A stretch of 62,913 nt of DNA, the filler included, from Octopus bimaculoides (Eukaryota): the NCBI RefSeq assembly GCF_001194135.2. It is 3 parts of 3 records of this genome, joined end to end, with 100 filler letters (N's around TTAATTAATTAA, not from the genome) between each part and the next. Parts side by side here need not be neighbours in the genome. Positions count along the whole stretch, not along the records: positions 1 to 31,169 come from NC_068988.1; positions 31,270 to 59,398 come from NC_068981.1; 1 more part is not named here. The stretch is one strand, 5' to 3'. Positions 26,810-40,033 of the stretch are shown piece by piece. A program made the translations under genes and the position numbers. The first letter of the stretch is position 1; each line of letters starts with the position of its first letter. The notes beneath the pieces were generated by a model that saw only the letters and a list, made by a program, of their open reading frames with translations, was not told the DNA's origin and searched no databases.

Positions 26810-27960
26810 GATTTTGGAAAAAGTACTCTTCACTAAGGAGTCGCTTGTGTAGTCGAAGACATGCCAACTTGTGTTACGGTCATAGACCTGTCGACAACAT
26901 TGTCCACCTCATGCGATATATTGTAAAACTGAACAGGAATAGATGTGGTTTTAATGGAGCACTATCTACTTTGGATCAGTCTAAAGTTAACAACAGAGTT
27001 CATGACCGCTTTCGCGCTGCTCTCTTCAAAGCAACCAGTTGCGCTTGTGTTCAGAAGCTGGATCTCTACAATGTACGGTGGCATCTGATCAGTTGTCAAA
27101 CCGTTTTGCATCACGTTTTCGGTCCATCAATCCCGACTCTTCTCATATCTCTGATGCGCTTTGGTGATGGGGCCAAGATTATTGGGAAAGACGTTGAAAA
27201 GCAGCGAGACGGCCGAGTCTGCTTACGTGGATAATGTCACTTCACTGAGTGGAAGATGTCTCGGAAAGGGCCAGTTTCCTGTCAGTAAAGCGGCTAATGC
27301 TTACATCTATCCGCTGGTGTATAGCCTGACTGTTGTACATTATCTCAAAAATTTCTGACCAGACTGGAACACATATTGCTTTCTTTCTCGAGGAAGGCAT
27401 GTACCTGTGCAGATTCCTGGGCGACTGTAACGACGATGAAGGTGAGCAAATATGACCTACTTGTGCGACACTTCTGTCCGCATCTCGTCGCCTTCACCGA
27501 TCTGTAGTCCTGGGTCAAGCGCAGATCGAGGTTGGATATTGGCATTTGGAATATTGCACTGTACCCTACCAAGTGAATAATGAAAGTAATGGAAAGTTAA
27601 ACTTCGTTTTCTATCGATTGTTAATAGTGTGTATAAGTAACGATAGTCGGAGAAGCTTTCTGAACTTCGATGAGGACATCTGAGCAATGTCTTTTTATGA
27701 ACGCTTGTGTCGGGGATTACAGATAATTTCAAAATTCTTTGACATGGCATTGCTATATTGGTGGAGAGGCTTATTGCTTGCTCGGGATAACCTCTACAGG
27801 TACAAAAGTGCTAGCTTGCGAACATGTCCGAGATGTACGCAGTATAACAAAGCTGTCCTGCATGGATGGCTAGTGTCCATACATTACCGACTTGTTCACT
27901 AGTGTGGAACAGTTGCTCTTGGGGGCACGGCAGAACCGGGTATCAGTCGAACATACCGTG
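26810..27960 (+). mobile_element. degraded L1-clade (Tx1-like) LINE ORF2 fragment, reverse transcriptase to C-terminal zinc knuckle
   Basis: GALSTLDQSKVNNRVHDRF resembles the RT motif LDQxKAFDRVxHxF. ANAYIYPLVY.LTVV and RTCPRC follow. There are many stops and frameshifts. Confidence 0.7.
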
Positions 27961-28531
27961 AATATCTTTTGGAAAGGAGAGGTAGTTAGTTTTCTTATAC
28001 TTACTGATTTTGGTCAATGAACTTGTATGGTTGGCGCAGTTGAAAAGTTTGAGGGCTTGGCTATCCTTCACCAGGCAATCACCTCTTCAGCTACTTCAAA
28101 CAATATTGAAAGTAGAGGGTGAAGGTGTAGAAATAGGTGCTACCCTCCACTGGGTATTATGAAAAACTGACTATGCCAAAGCCGTAAACAGAATGCAACA
28201 AACAGAAAGAGAGAGAGAAAGAGAGAAATTTATCCCTATGATGCAACATAGTGATCCAAAACTTAAATGTAGGAATTTGCACAGAACTACCCTACGTACT
28301 CCAACCCTGTGTTGGAAACATTTTCGAGTTGCCGTTTTATTATTAGCGTCATTTTCCTTCGTTTCTCCCTATTTTTACATGATATAGAGTTTCACCATAG
28401 AGTCCCGTACTTATTTCTTATATGTTCCTCAACATCTCTCTTTCTCGCCAACAATAGAAACTACTCCAACAAATACAAAATCTGTACTTTTGTAGGTTAT
28501 TGGATTTATGTCTGTTCTCTTTTGAGTATGT

Positions 28532-28579
<48 letters not shown>

Positions 28580-28624
28580 ACCACATACACGCTTACATAC
28601 ACACAGTTCTTGTTTACGGGTACG

Positions 28625-29037
28625 TAAACAAATCAACACTGATTATCAAGCAGTGATAAGACCAAACACAAACTCATAGACACACACATACACACATACA
28701 CACACGTGTGTTTGTGGATATATATATATNNNNNNNNNNNNNNNNNNNNNNNNNNNNNNNNNNNNNNNNNNNNNNNNNNNNNNNNNNNNNNNNNNNNNNN
28801 NNNNNNNNNNNNNNNNNNNNNNNNNNNNNNNNNNNNNNNNNNNNNNNNNNNNNNNNNATATATATATATATATATATATATATACGACGGGCTTTTTTTC
28901 AGTTTCCGTGTACCAAGTCTACTCACAAGGTTTTGGTCAGCTCGGAGCCATGGTAGAAGACACTTGTCTAAGGTGCCACGCAGTGAGACTGAACCCAGAA
29001 CCATGTGGTCGGGAAGCAGACCACACACGCGAGCGCC
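28625..29037 (-). mobile_element. SINE with an internal microsatellite and gap
   Basis: The tacgacgggcttttttcagtttccgt...aaggtgccacgcagtgagactgaaccc block is shared with 5065-5235 and 19243-19400. Confidence 0.75.
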
Positions 29038-29754
29038 TGTACAGAGAACGAGATACGCCGATTTCAAAGAAAGATAATATCTCAATAGATTTCTAAGTAA
29101 CAATTTTTCTACAGATATTACGAAGTTCAATGCCTCACAGTGACTAGTACTGTCATGTATGTATGTATGTATGTATTCGAGTCTATTCGCATGCGGGTAC
29201 GACTGCGTGTGTGTATATTATTTGGTGTTCATGCAAACGTGTGTACATACGTGTGATGTTACAACTGCATTCGTGTGCTTGAGTGTGTGTGTGTAAGATG
29301 TCCCTGCATAAACGTGTTTGTGTGCGCATATAAACGTGTGTGTGTGCGTGTCAATGTGTATTTGTCAGCGTTTCTGTATGCCTGCGCGTAAGTGTGTGTC
29401 GTACACGTGCATCGCAGCTTGCCACATTTTTGCCGTATTGTTTGGTGCAAGTCAAGGTGTTTTACTTAGGGGAACATTCATTATTCTTGTTATTCTTGTT
29501 GTTATCCTCATCATTATTACGTAACGTTTGTCTTCATCTATGTATATACATAAAATATATCTACCTCTGTGTGTGTTTGTGCTTGACTGTATAAATGTCT
29601 ATGCGTGCATGTGTCTGAACGCTCGAACGTGTGAGTATATTGTTAGTGTGTAGGTATATATTGTTTTCAAAGTGTTTTCACACATGTGTACGGAGTCTGT
29701 ATGAGGAGAGTTTTTGTCCGAAACATACGTATATTAGCTAGTTTTTGTATATGG

Positions 29755-29819
<65 letters not shown>

Positions 29820-29969
29820 GTGTGTGTGTTTCCGTCTGTTTTTTCACGTACATATATGTGTGTGATTGTATCTGTATGAATATCTGCAAGCACACATAAT
29901 ACATATTTACTAGATATACACACATATACATACACACAGAGACACACACACACATATAAATAGACAGAC

Positions 29970-30030
<61 letters not shown>

Positions 30031-30065
30031 TGGGTTCGTGTATGTACACATATATACATACACAG

Positions 30066-30128
<63 letters not shown>

Positions 30129-30725
30129 CACATACATATATGTGTGCATGCGTGCGCGTGCGCGCGTGTGTGTACGAGAGCGGTACGAAAATATGTACTC
30201 TTGTTCTTAACTGCTTGTGCAGATACGTTTATATATGTCTCTATCTGCTTGATTACGCATGTACATATATGTACGTGTGTGAGTGTGTGCGTGCGTGTTT
30301 GTGTGTGTGTGTGTGTGTGCGTGTGTGTGTGTGTGTAACTGTGTGTGTATGTGTGCGTGCGTGTCTGCAAGTGGGCGTGTGTTATATCAAATGCACACTC
30401 CCCACAGAAATCACTGTAGGCAGCCAACTACTATAATAAAATGATAAAACAACAAACAAAATGGCGACCGATCAAGACACTTTCGCAACACGTGATCACA
30501 TCTAACAGCAATTGTTCACATTTCTTCACGTGTGTCACACACACCAGACAGACAGTTAACTTGCGGTTTCGAATTCAGCTGGGGGATATACCATAACATT
30601 CATTTTCTTTTTTTTTTTTATGCTATTTAATTGTGTGTTAGTGAATATACGTATGTGAGTTTGTTCATTCCGGTTGGATATATTTGTGTGCGTGTGTGTG
30701 TGTGTGTGTTTGTGTGTGTGTGTGA

Positions 30726-30765
<40 letters not shown>

Positions 30766-31010
30766 ACGTCTGTGCGTCAGTGAGCGAGCGTGTGTGAGTG
30801 TGTGTGTGTATGCGTACGTGTGTCTATGCCCGCGTGTTTCTGTGTATATGTGATTCATTATATATGCAATATATATATGCAATATAAATGTGCATATGCA
30901 CATCTATTAGGATGTAAATATTATCCTTATTGATGTGTAAGTCAAAAATATGCATGGATGCATGTTAATGAGTATTTGTATATATATACATGTATATGTA
31001 TGTCTGTCTG

Positions 31011-31051
<41 letters not shown>

Positions 31052-31079
31052 CACATACATACATCCTACGCTTTGATTA

Positions 31080-31112
<33 letters not shown>

Positions 31113-31169
31113 GTATATAGATATGTATATATGTATATATATGTATGCATATATATATATATATATATA

Positions 31170-31269
31170 NNNNNNNNNNNNNNNNNNNNNNNNNNNNNNN
31201 NNNNNNNNNNNNNTTAATTAATTAANNNNNNNNNNNNNNNNNNNNNNNNNNNNNNNNNNNNNNNNNNNN
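31170..31269. other. artificial 100-bp scaffold gap (44 N + TTAATTAATTAA + 44 N)
   Basis: An identical layout occurs at 59399-59498. The 12-mer has stops in all six frames, so this is an assembly spacer. Confidence 0.95.
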
Positions 31270-31283
31270 ATGTATATATATAT

Positions 31284-32821
31284 TAGGGTGATGCAAAATA
31301 ACTTAACATTTCAAAAACTTGAAGACACCCTCTAATTTTATTTAATTTAGTGCAAAAACTCAACATGCAAAATTACAGCACAATTGAAGACATTTTAGAG
31401 GTTGCTCCCATCTACCGAACATTTTGTATACTGTTATATTTCAGTTTGTATTTATCGTACATTTTCTGTCTCCTTACCACCTTCTACTGGCCCTGACATA
31501 GAATTATTTAAGAAATTCGAATCAAAGTGGATGGAAATTGACAAGAACAATTACCAAACAGCAACAGATGACCCTAACATTGCACACAAGATCTCAGATG
31601 CTGAAGAAATCATTCAATTTGCTCAAACACAGTTTGATGAACAGCAGCTTCGTGATGACTACAAGGAATTGCTCGAGCTAACGCTCATTTTCCTCGGTAG
31701 TACCCTCATATCAGGAATCAGCTTTAAAACACCCTGAGCTTATCACAGAGCACGATGGATGGCCAAGCTAATTTACTGCTTTAAAATCTGGATGTTTAAA
31801 TCTCAGTTTAAACTAATCGAAAGAGAAAGAGGAAAAAGGACTGAGATATTGTTTGCTGCTTTTTCCGTGGTACCTGGTATCCATACCCTCATGCGCCCCC
31901 CGTTCAGATTTGCATTTTGTGCAAAGTCTGCAGCTCTACAATCAAAAGAATGACAAAATTGCAAGTGCTACACTCAATAAGTTTTTGAGACATTTGTGGT
32001 ACCTCTCTGAGGAGCTTGTGGTGCTTGCATTTTTTGATTCAGCTCTTTAACATGAAACAAAAAACAAAATGAAGCATGCTCTGCAGAAACTAGTTGACTC
32101 AAAACCGAGCAAAGAAGTATCAATAAATCCTGAATCAGCTGGGCAGAAACAACTGCAGGATTTCGTTACTGCTAACACAAAGATTCTTTGAAATCCTAGA
32201 GCTGCCTTGCACTTTTCTTGAAAAAGATGCTAAAGAATGGAATGATAATGGAAGTTATGCGCATGCAAGAGATATCGCATATGAACTCAAAGTGGTAAAC
32301 GACATTGCGGAAAGAGGTGTACGACTGATGGAGGAATACAACAAACTGATGACCAATGAAGAGCAGAAACAATACCGTCTTTAAATTGTTAAAAATTATA
32401 GGTCGTCACTCACAAACAAAAACAGGAAAATATTACACTTGCTTCACAAAAAAACAAAATAAACTTGCATATGTGGTTATGATATGCCTACTGTGGAAAC
32501 TCCAACATAAAAATTTTTAAAAACGTAACGCGCTATACGCTGTAATTCACTACGTACTATAGCCTAGAATGTCATCGTTTTTTTTCAAACTAGGTTAACT
32601 AGGTACATATCAAATCGGTTTCGGCGAAAATATCAACAAAAAATATCTTTGAGCACAAACTGATATACATTTATTTTTAAAGATTGGTAGCAATCTCTAA
32701 TTTTCTCTTTTTCAACCCCAAACTTCGTATACAGTGCTCTCTTAGGAATATGATTGAAATAGGAGGGTGTCTCCCTGAAAATGGAAAAAAAAAGTTTTGA
32801 CCCCTTTTTTGCATCACCCTA
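31284..32821 (+). mobile_element. non-autonomous hAT-superfamily (hATm-like) DNA transposon with both TIRs
   Basis: Perfect 15-bp TIR TAGGGTGATGCAAAA (31284-31298 / 32807-32821). ATATATAT on both sides fits an 8-bp TSD but lies in (TA)n. Broken transposase motifs: LRDDYKELLEL, HRARWMAKLIY, RHLWYLSEELVVLAFFD, VVNDIAERGV. The subfamily call is from memory of these motifs. Confidence 0.75.
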
Positions 32822-32964
32822 ATATATATATGTATANNNNNNNNNNNNNNNNNNNNNNNNNNNNNNNNNNNNNNNNNNNNNNNNNNNNNNNNNNNNNNNN
32901 NNNNNNNNNNNNNNNNNNNNNNNNNNNNNNNNNNNNNNNNNNNNNNNNNNNNNNNNNNNNNNNN

Positions 32965-32998
<34 letters not shown>

Positions 32999-33499
32999 CA
33001 AATAATATATGAGTATATGCATATATACGTACATGTATGTACATACCTACATCTAGATGTATATATAGATGCATATCTGGGTACAGGACGTTGTAAAAAA
33101 CCGTGGACAAAATGATAAACAGAGTACAGAAAACACACAGGCCACATAGAGAACATTTCCTTCATCAGCTGCCACCATTCTAAAACTAAACGTTTCGAAG
33201 AGTTATATATATATATATACATGCATATATGGGTACAGGAAGTCACCAGCAGTTCAAACAACATGACATACGTAAACAAACGAGTTAAATACGTAAAGCA
33301 CGAGAAAAAATGGAGAACAAGACAAGTAAACACAGAGAAAGACACTTCATCAGTTGTCCGCTGTCTATCTACTCCTCATTTCGAGCATTCAACGACAATA
33401 TGAGTCTTCAAAGACAGTTGTTCCCATAAATTCTAAAATAAAATTTAGGATTTATGGAGGGTCAAAGTTGGGAACAAAAACATGACAGTGAAAACATAC

Positions 33500-34200
33500 C
33501 AGGAAACCTTTAAAGCCCTTAGCCGTATTTGCGAAAATTCACATTCAAACAGCCGAAGACACATAACCTGTCTACAACTGGAGGGAGGAATACGTCACGG
33601 TCAGTTATGAAGATTCAACCGGTGCTCTTTTTAAGCAGAGTCTGGACAACCACAGGTCCTCGTTTAGGATATCGGAAAGGCACAACGTATGGTGCTTAAA
33701 AGAGGCAGGAAGCCCATATATAATTAAATGGAAGCTCCTTGAACGATTGAAGACATATGTAAACAGGAGCAGACAATATAAGCTTTGCTTGGCAGAAAGA
33801 TCAAAGATCCTGAAGATTCTCTTCAGCCGGGGACCTTTTCCAACCCCAGGAAAGAAATCAGTGCCTTCATCTAAGGCATTTAGTAATACAAGCTTGGAAT
33901 TCTCCCATCATTGAATAGACCCGTGACAGCATCTTCGAAAATCACCACAGCCGGAACTGATGTTAGGGAGATAACCCTGTCATGCATGTTGACATCACCG
34001 CCTCCACGAACAATCTGGATGTATAGTTTTTGTTTACAAAATCGACCACGACATATTCCTCCCTCCAGTGTGCAGAGAGGTTATATGCCTTCGGCCTTTG
34101 AGTGTGACTTGCCGCCTAAACGGCTAAATGCTTTATGGATGCGAAACCATGGGTCACTCTCTGGTCGGCCATAACAATCAACTTCCTCAAAGATATATTA
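33500..34200 (+). mobile_element. Penelope-like element fragment (GIY-YIG C-terminal region)
   Basis: VWCLKEAGSPYIIKWKLLERLKTYVNRSRQYKLCLAE resembles the Penelope endonuclease C-terminal motif W.LK...Y.IKW.IL...C.LCL.EK. Confidence 0.55.
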
Positions 34201-34863
34201 TTTCTCTAACGTTTTAGAGTGTAGTGTAAGGGTGAGAGGGTCAGAGGGTGCGTGTGTGGGTGTATGTATCTAAACATATGTATGGTTGGGCGGTGGAAAA
34301 TGCCATAAACAAGTAATCACATCAATGGTAGTGCTCCAGCATGACCGCATCCCACTGACTGAAAAATATGACTATTGATGTTGTTAAGTGGGTTATAAAT
34401 TTGTGTGTGTGTGTGAAAAATAACGCCTTAACTAACAATAAAACAAAATGAAAACAACTGTATTGCTTTGCTTTCCGCTCAATAAAATTTTAAAGTTCTT
34501 TTTAAAAATTCTAAATTAGGAATTTTGATGTGGGAAGAATTATAGGAGAATGGAATAAGATGGTCTTAACGAAGAAACGTGTTGTTCTGTATTAGTGCAT
34601 GTCGAAAATGAAGGAGCTCGAATGACTGCAAGTGTCCTAAAAGAATGAAGTTTCGTATGTACATGAGCAACAGGTGAAATAAGTCTGAATAGATTATGTA
34701 TGTGCAATTGTGTAAGTGTATATACTTTTATTCTGTACGTTGTTAACGTAATATATACGGGTTGTACACTGTTAGCCTAATATATATGGGCTGTGGGTGC
34801 GCGTGCTTATGCATTTTGGAGCGAGACTTTTTGAGAGCTATTTTAAGGGTTATTGTGTCTGTA

Positions 34864-34932
<69 letters not shown>

Positions 34933-35715
34933 GTATGTGTGTGCATGCACCAATGTGTTTACGGTTGTTTTTCTTTTGTAACTATCATATTCTTCCTGAG
35001 AGAATGAATCTCGCAAAGCTTGGCTGCTTCGCTTACTGACTATATTTTTTAAATGCTTGTTAGATTGCCTGGTTCTCTGCCCGCAACCTCGAACATCACG
35101 AAGTTTATTTAGCAGCCTAACTACGTCTATCAATAAATATTGGTATGTTTGCAAATTTATAATCTGAACAGATAAGATGTTTCGTTATAGGTTTTCCATA
35201 AACATTCTCTTTCTCACTGATTTAAAATATGAGTTCAAAACAGCAATAACTAAAGAGGAGAGTTGTTGCATCCTTTCTGCATGTATGCTGCCTGAAAAGT
35301 AATTATCTTTGGTGTCATCCCTCGATACACCATGCATTTATCATCCAGTACTCTTAATGAGAAAAATAACAAAAGGGAAAGAAGCAACAACTGGAAATGA
35401 AGAAAGAATAACAGAGACAAAACACTTCATTAAATACCAAAAATAAAACCAAAACTTAAGATAAATTATGTTATAAGAAAGAAAACTTATTTCTGCAGTG
35501 ATTGTTGCATTTAAAACATATCAACTCTTGAAGCTCTTTCATTTTTATATCGGAAATTTTCACATACACATGAATGTTTATACGCAGTTGTATTACGGTG
35601 GCCTCATTGTAGTCATATAATACACATTTAGATTTCGCCTTTTAATTTCTTATTACTTGATAATAACAACATCGAAAATAACATTATCATCATCATCATC
35701 ATCATTATTATTATC

Positions 35716-36600
35716 ATTATTCAGTAGTCTTATTTTTATAGCGTGCTTTTACTTCACTACCGAGCGCAGCTCTGTGAGCCTTGGGTATGTGTTGTAGTTT
35801 GCTGTGATGCTCTTATGGTTACTGTATTGAAAGTTTTTTTGCGTAGCATTTGTGCAGTGCCCAGTAGTGCAATTTTCTGTATGTTATATATATTTGTATG
35901 TCCTGGTGTTTTTGTTATGTATTTGTCTGAATATTTTTTTATCATACCTACTATGATAGGAATTGTTTCTGTTTTTAGATTCCACATTCGAGTTACCTCT
36001 ATTTCCAGCTCTTTGTATTTTGAAAGTTTCTCCATTTCTTTTAGGGAAAAGTTGTCATCTGCTGGTATTGATACATCAATTAGAAAGCATTTTTTTCCTT
36101 CATGATCTCTGACAACTATATCTGGCCTATTGACCTTAATTTCTCTATCTGTGCGTATTGGCATATCCCAGAGTATGGTTGCTTTCTCATTTTCTGTGAC
36201 CTTTTCTGGAATGTGCCTATACCATCTTTTTTTCTGTTGTTATTCCATAGTGTTGGCATAGCTTCCAGTGTATGTAGGTCCTAGCTCTGTCGTGGCTGTG
36301 AATATATTCCTTCTTAGCCAGGACTGGCAGTAGCCCGGAGAAGATTCCTGGTTTGTGTTATGTCCTCCGTCTGTATGTAGGGTATGGCTGTATTTATCTT
36401 TTGTGTTACTTTATTTATCATATTCCTATCTACCCTTCCTATATTCATGGGAATTTTTTCTTCTGGAGCATTCATCAACTCGGTGAGTCGCCTTTGAATT
36501 TCAAGTAATTCATTATCTAGTTGGTTCATTTCCCTTGCATGTCCACCCACCACAATATCAGGATTCACTGTATAACGTTCCTGTTCTTCTTCTATTATTA
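35716..36600 (-). mobile_element. R4/Dong-like LINE with the RT domain deleted and a readable RLE endonuclease region
   Basis: YIHWKLCQHYG...WYRHIPEKV...ILWDMPIRTDREIKVNRPDIVVRDHEGKKCFLIDVSIP...KEMEKLSKYKELEIEVTRMW gives the PD...D...K RLE motif. An N-terminal ORF segment (36314-36600) is joined directly, and the 3' end runs into (AAT/GAT)n. Confidence 0.88.
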
Positions 36601-36714
36601 TTATTATTATTATTATTGTTGTTATTGTTGTTGTTGTTGTTGTTGTTGTTGCTGCTGCTGTTGTTGTTATTTTCATATACACTCAACAGATTAGACTGTT
36701 GGAAAAGAAAAGAA

Positions 36715-36979
36715 TCCTAATATCGGGCTGCCACAAGTCACCTTAGATGCCAAGAACCCTCCTAAGTATCCTAGCTGTCCCTAGTAACATTATTTTCTGG
36801 AGCTGTACTAAACTGGGTTTTATGCCTACTACTTCTATCAATCTGTTCAGATCTTTATAGATAGTTCCCAATACACCTATAACAACTGAGATGCATTTTA
36901 CCCGCACTTTCTATAGTCTCTGTAATCCATTGGCTAGGTCCTGGTACTTTGCTATATTTTTCTATAAATTTGAAGCCAT

Positions 36980-36980
<1 letters not shown>
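36715..36980 (-). mobile_element. R4/Dong-like LINE 3' end, second subfamily
   Basis: The minus strand encodes a PSLVQLQKIMLLGTARILRRVLGI*-like tail next to (TAG)n/(CAG)n. Confidence 0.6.
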
Positions 36981-37073
<93 letters not shown>

Positions 37074-37377
37074 TGCATTATTTGGTACGAAATTATTGAA
37101 CCATATATCCACCACTTTTCTCATTGAGACACCACTGTCTGAATACAGGTGAATTTAATAGATATCAAGGAGTAATGAACTAGCAAGTAAGAGTACTGCG
37201 AAAAGTTTTGATATTGATTTATAATGTTTTAAAATATCGATAAGTAATAGTAAATATAATAGTGTATATGTGTTTTAAGAGTTATACTGATTTTACCACG
37301 ATGGAATTTATCCTTTAAACAATTCTATTTTTCTGTCCTAACCAATCTAAAATTGATGATCTTATAATCTCTAACAT

Positions 37378-38002
37378 AGGTACAAGACCACACATTTTGG
37401 TGGATGGGCTGTTTAGTTCTATCGATACTCGTATCTTATCGAACACTGATGGATAAAAGGCGAAACTGATCTCAGCAGGACTTACGTTCAGAATTTACAC
37501 AGCCACAGCTAAAAACCGCAAAGCATTTTTTTCCGACGCTCTAACGATTCTAATTCAATGCGCTGATGATATATAATCCTTTCTACTATAGATGCAAGGC
37601 CTGAAATTTGTGGGGAAGGGATAAGTCGATTACATAGTTTATCGACCCCGAAAGGATGAAAAGCAAAGTCGACCCCGGTGGGATTTGAACTCAGAACGGG
37701 AAGAGAGACGAAATAACGTTGAGCATTTCGTCCGGCGTGCTAACGATTCTGCCAACTGACCGCCTGATGTTGGTGATTTAATAATCCTTTCTACTATAGG
37801 CACAAGGCCTGAAATCTTGGGAAAGGGGACCAGTCGATTACATCGATCCCCAGTGTTTCACTGGTACTTAGTTTATCGACCCCGAAAGGATGAAAGGCAA
37901 AGTCGACCGCGGCGGAATTTGAACTCAAAATGTGAAGACAGACGAAATACCGCTAAGCATTTCGTCCGGCGTGCTAACGATTCTGCCAGCTCACCGCCTG
38001 GC
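37378..38002 (-). mobile_element. three head-to-tail tRNA-derived SINE copies
   Basis: Units at about 37378-37560, 37575-37775 and 37785-38002. Each has the ...aaggcctgaaat...gaccccgaaaggatgaaa...gcatttcgtccggcgtgctaacgattct pattern, most degenerate in the first unit. Confidence 0.85.
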
Positions 38003-39180
38003 GCTGATGATGTAATAATGCCGAAACATATTATATATGATACCTATTCTTGCTAAAGCAATGAAAATAATTATTATTTACTAATAATGCTTTACCGCAT
38101 CGCATAATATTTTGTAGTTCGTTTATTTTATGTTCCCTATATTGCATATAATAGTACAATTGTTTTTTTCTCTATAAGATAAATTGTTATGAATCAATCA
38201 TACTTAAAACAAAACATTCATTTATTTTACGTAGCTATCGCTTACATCTTGCATCATCTTATTTGTTAAGGTATTAGACAATTAAATACTTGTATCTGTG
38301 ATTTTTAAAGCCAAATGAAAATTTGTTTTCAGATTTTCTTAGTTTTCAAATTGAAATTGTAATTCTGTAAACAGATGTCACTTAGTATTAATATCAAATG
38401 TATACAACACCTAATTTTCTTCACAAATTTCCAATGGATTTGAGCGTGCCACAGAATAATGAATGTTTACTCAATTTTGAACATGAAAATGATATACATA
38501 TTATTTCCTTATCGTTTAATATTGATATAAACTCTTCTTTAATTAGAGCAGGCTTATTCATATACTCTCTATCTTCGTACAAGAACCGTAATTAAAGTAA
38601 ATATGTAACATATATAAAACTAATGGCCTATGTGTCACTTGCCCTTTGATAATGGATTATGAGCTATATATTNNNNNNNNNNNNNNNNNNNNNNNNNNNN
38701 NNNNNNNNNNNNNNNNNNNNNNNNNNNNNNNNNNNNNNNNNNNNNNNNNNNNNNNNNNNNNNNNNNNNNNNNNNNNNNNNNNNNNNNNNNNNNNNNNNNN
38801 NNNNNNNNNNNNNNNNNNNNNNNNNNNNNNNNNNNNNNNNNNNNNNNNNNNNNNNNNNNNNNNNNNNNNNNNNNNNNNNNNNNNNNNNNNNNNNNNNNNN
38901 NNNNNNNNNNNNNNNNNNNNNNNNNNNNNNNNNNNNNNNNNNNNNNNNNNNNNNNNNNNNNNNNNNNNNNNNNNNNNNNNNNNNNNNNNNNNNNNNNNNN
39001 NNNNNNNNNNNNNNNNNNNNNNNNNNNNNNNNNNNNNNNNNNNNNNNNNNNNNNNNNNNNNNNNNNNNNNNNNNNNNNNNNNNNNNNNNNNNNNNNNNNN
39101 NNNNNNNNNNNNNNNNNNNNNNNNNNNNNNNNNNNNNNNNNNNNNNNNNNNNNNNNNNNNNNNNNNNNNNATATATATAT

Positions 39181-40033
39181 TGCGTGGAATAATGCGAGCA
39201 AGAGAAATAATATTCTTAAGATTATAAACCTGGAAAAGTCAGGACAGCTTATTACATCTGGTAAAGTACAGAACAAGAAAATGTTTACTTAAAATATTGC
39301 AGCTAAGGATAACATTTCAAATAAAATATATTTAGATTTAGAAAATATTAGCTTTTATTAAAACTAAAAATTTTATTACAAGTTATTACTTCTATTTGCT
39401 TATTACTTGTTATTTCTATTAAGAATTAAAAATAAATAAGTCTATTAAAATATATTTTTCGCTTCAAAAAAATTATTTCTTTAATTATTAATTAATAATA
39501 AGAAATTTGAAAATAGGTTATAAAAAATAATAGTAGGATAAAAAATAATAGTAGAATAATACAAATATAAGTTATATATTACAGTAAAATCTACCTATAA
39601 CAATAAATTCACAGTAAAATTTTCTCGTGTTATTGCCTAAGTTATTGCCAAGTCTTCACATTTTTAGTCTTGAGCCAATGCCTACTTTTTACATAATGAA
39701 TTTGCCTACCATATATATTATTCTACTTTGCATAACACTTTAGCTAAATTGGTACTTCTGACTCATTTTTTAAAGTATTCTAGTGTGTTTTATTTCCTAA
39801 AAAAATGGTTACGCTTTTTAATTATAATGTTACTTTGTAAATTAAAATCAAATATTTTTTAATATTCGAATTTTATCCTTAGTTGCAATATTTTAAGTAA
39901 AAATTTCCTTGTTCTGTACTGTACCAGATGTAATGAGTTGTCCTGAACGTTTCCAAGTCTCATAACTTGTCCTGTACTTTTCCAGGTTTATAATCTAAAG
40001 AATATTATTTCTCTTGCTCGCATTTTCCCACGT
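39181..40033. mobile_element. AT-rich foldback/MITE-like element with ~200-bp imperfect inverted repeats
   Basis: aatgcgagcaagagaaataatattctt.agattataaacctggaaaa at 39190-39240 is the reverse complement of about 39978-40027. Homology continues inward to about 39350 / 39850. Confidence 0.75.

Noticed and set aside
26845-27234. 129-aa ORF as a host gene
   Set aside because: It is a decayed LINE reverse-transcriptase segment.
31214-31225. TTAATTAATTAA palindrome between N runs, repeated at 59443-59454
   Set aside because: Centred in identical 44N+12+44N blocks with stops in all six frames, so it is an assembly linker and not biology.
31702-31892. ACCCTCAT GCM-type sites at 31702 and 31885 (similar 8-mers at 47516 and 49159)
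   Set aside because: Most lie inside transposon sequence, and degenerate 8-mers are expected several times by chance in this window.
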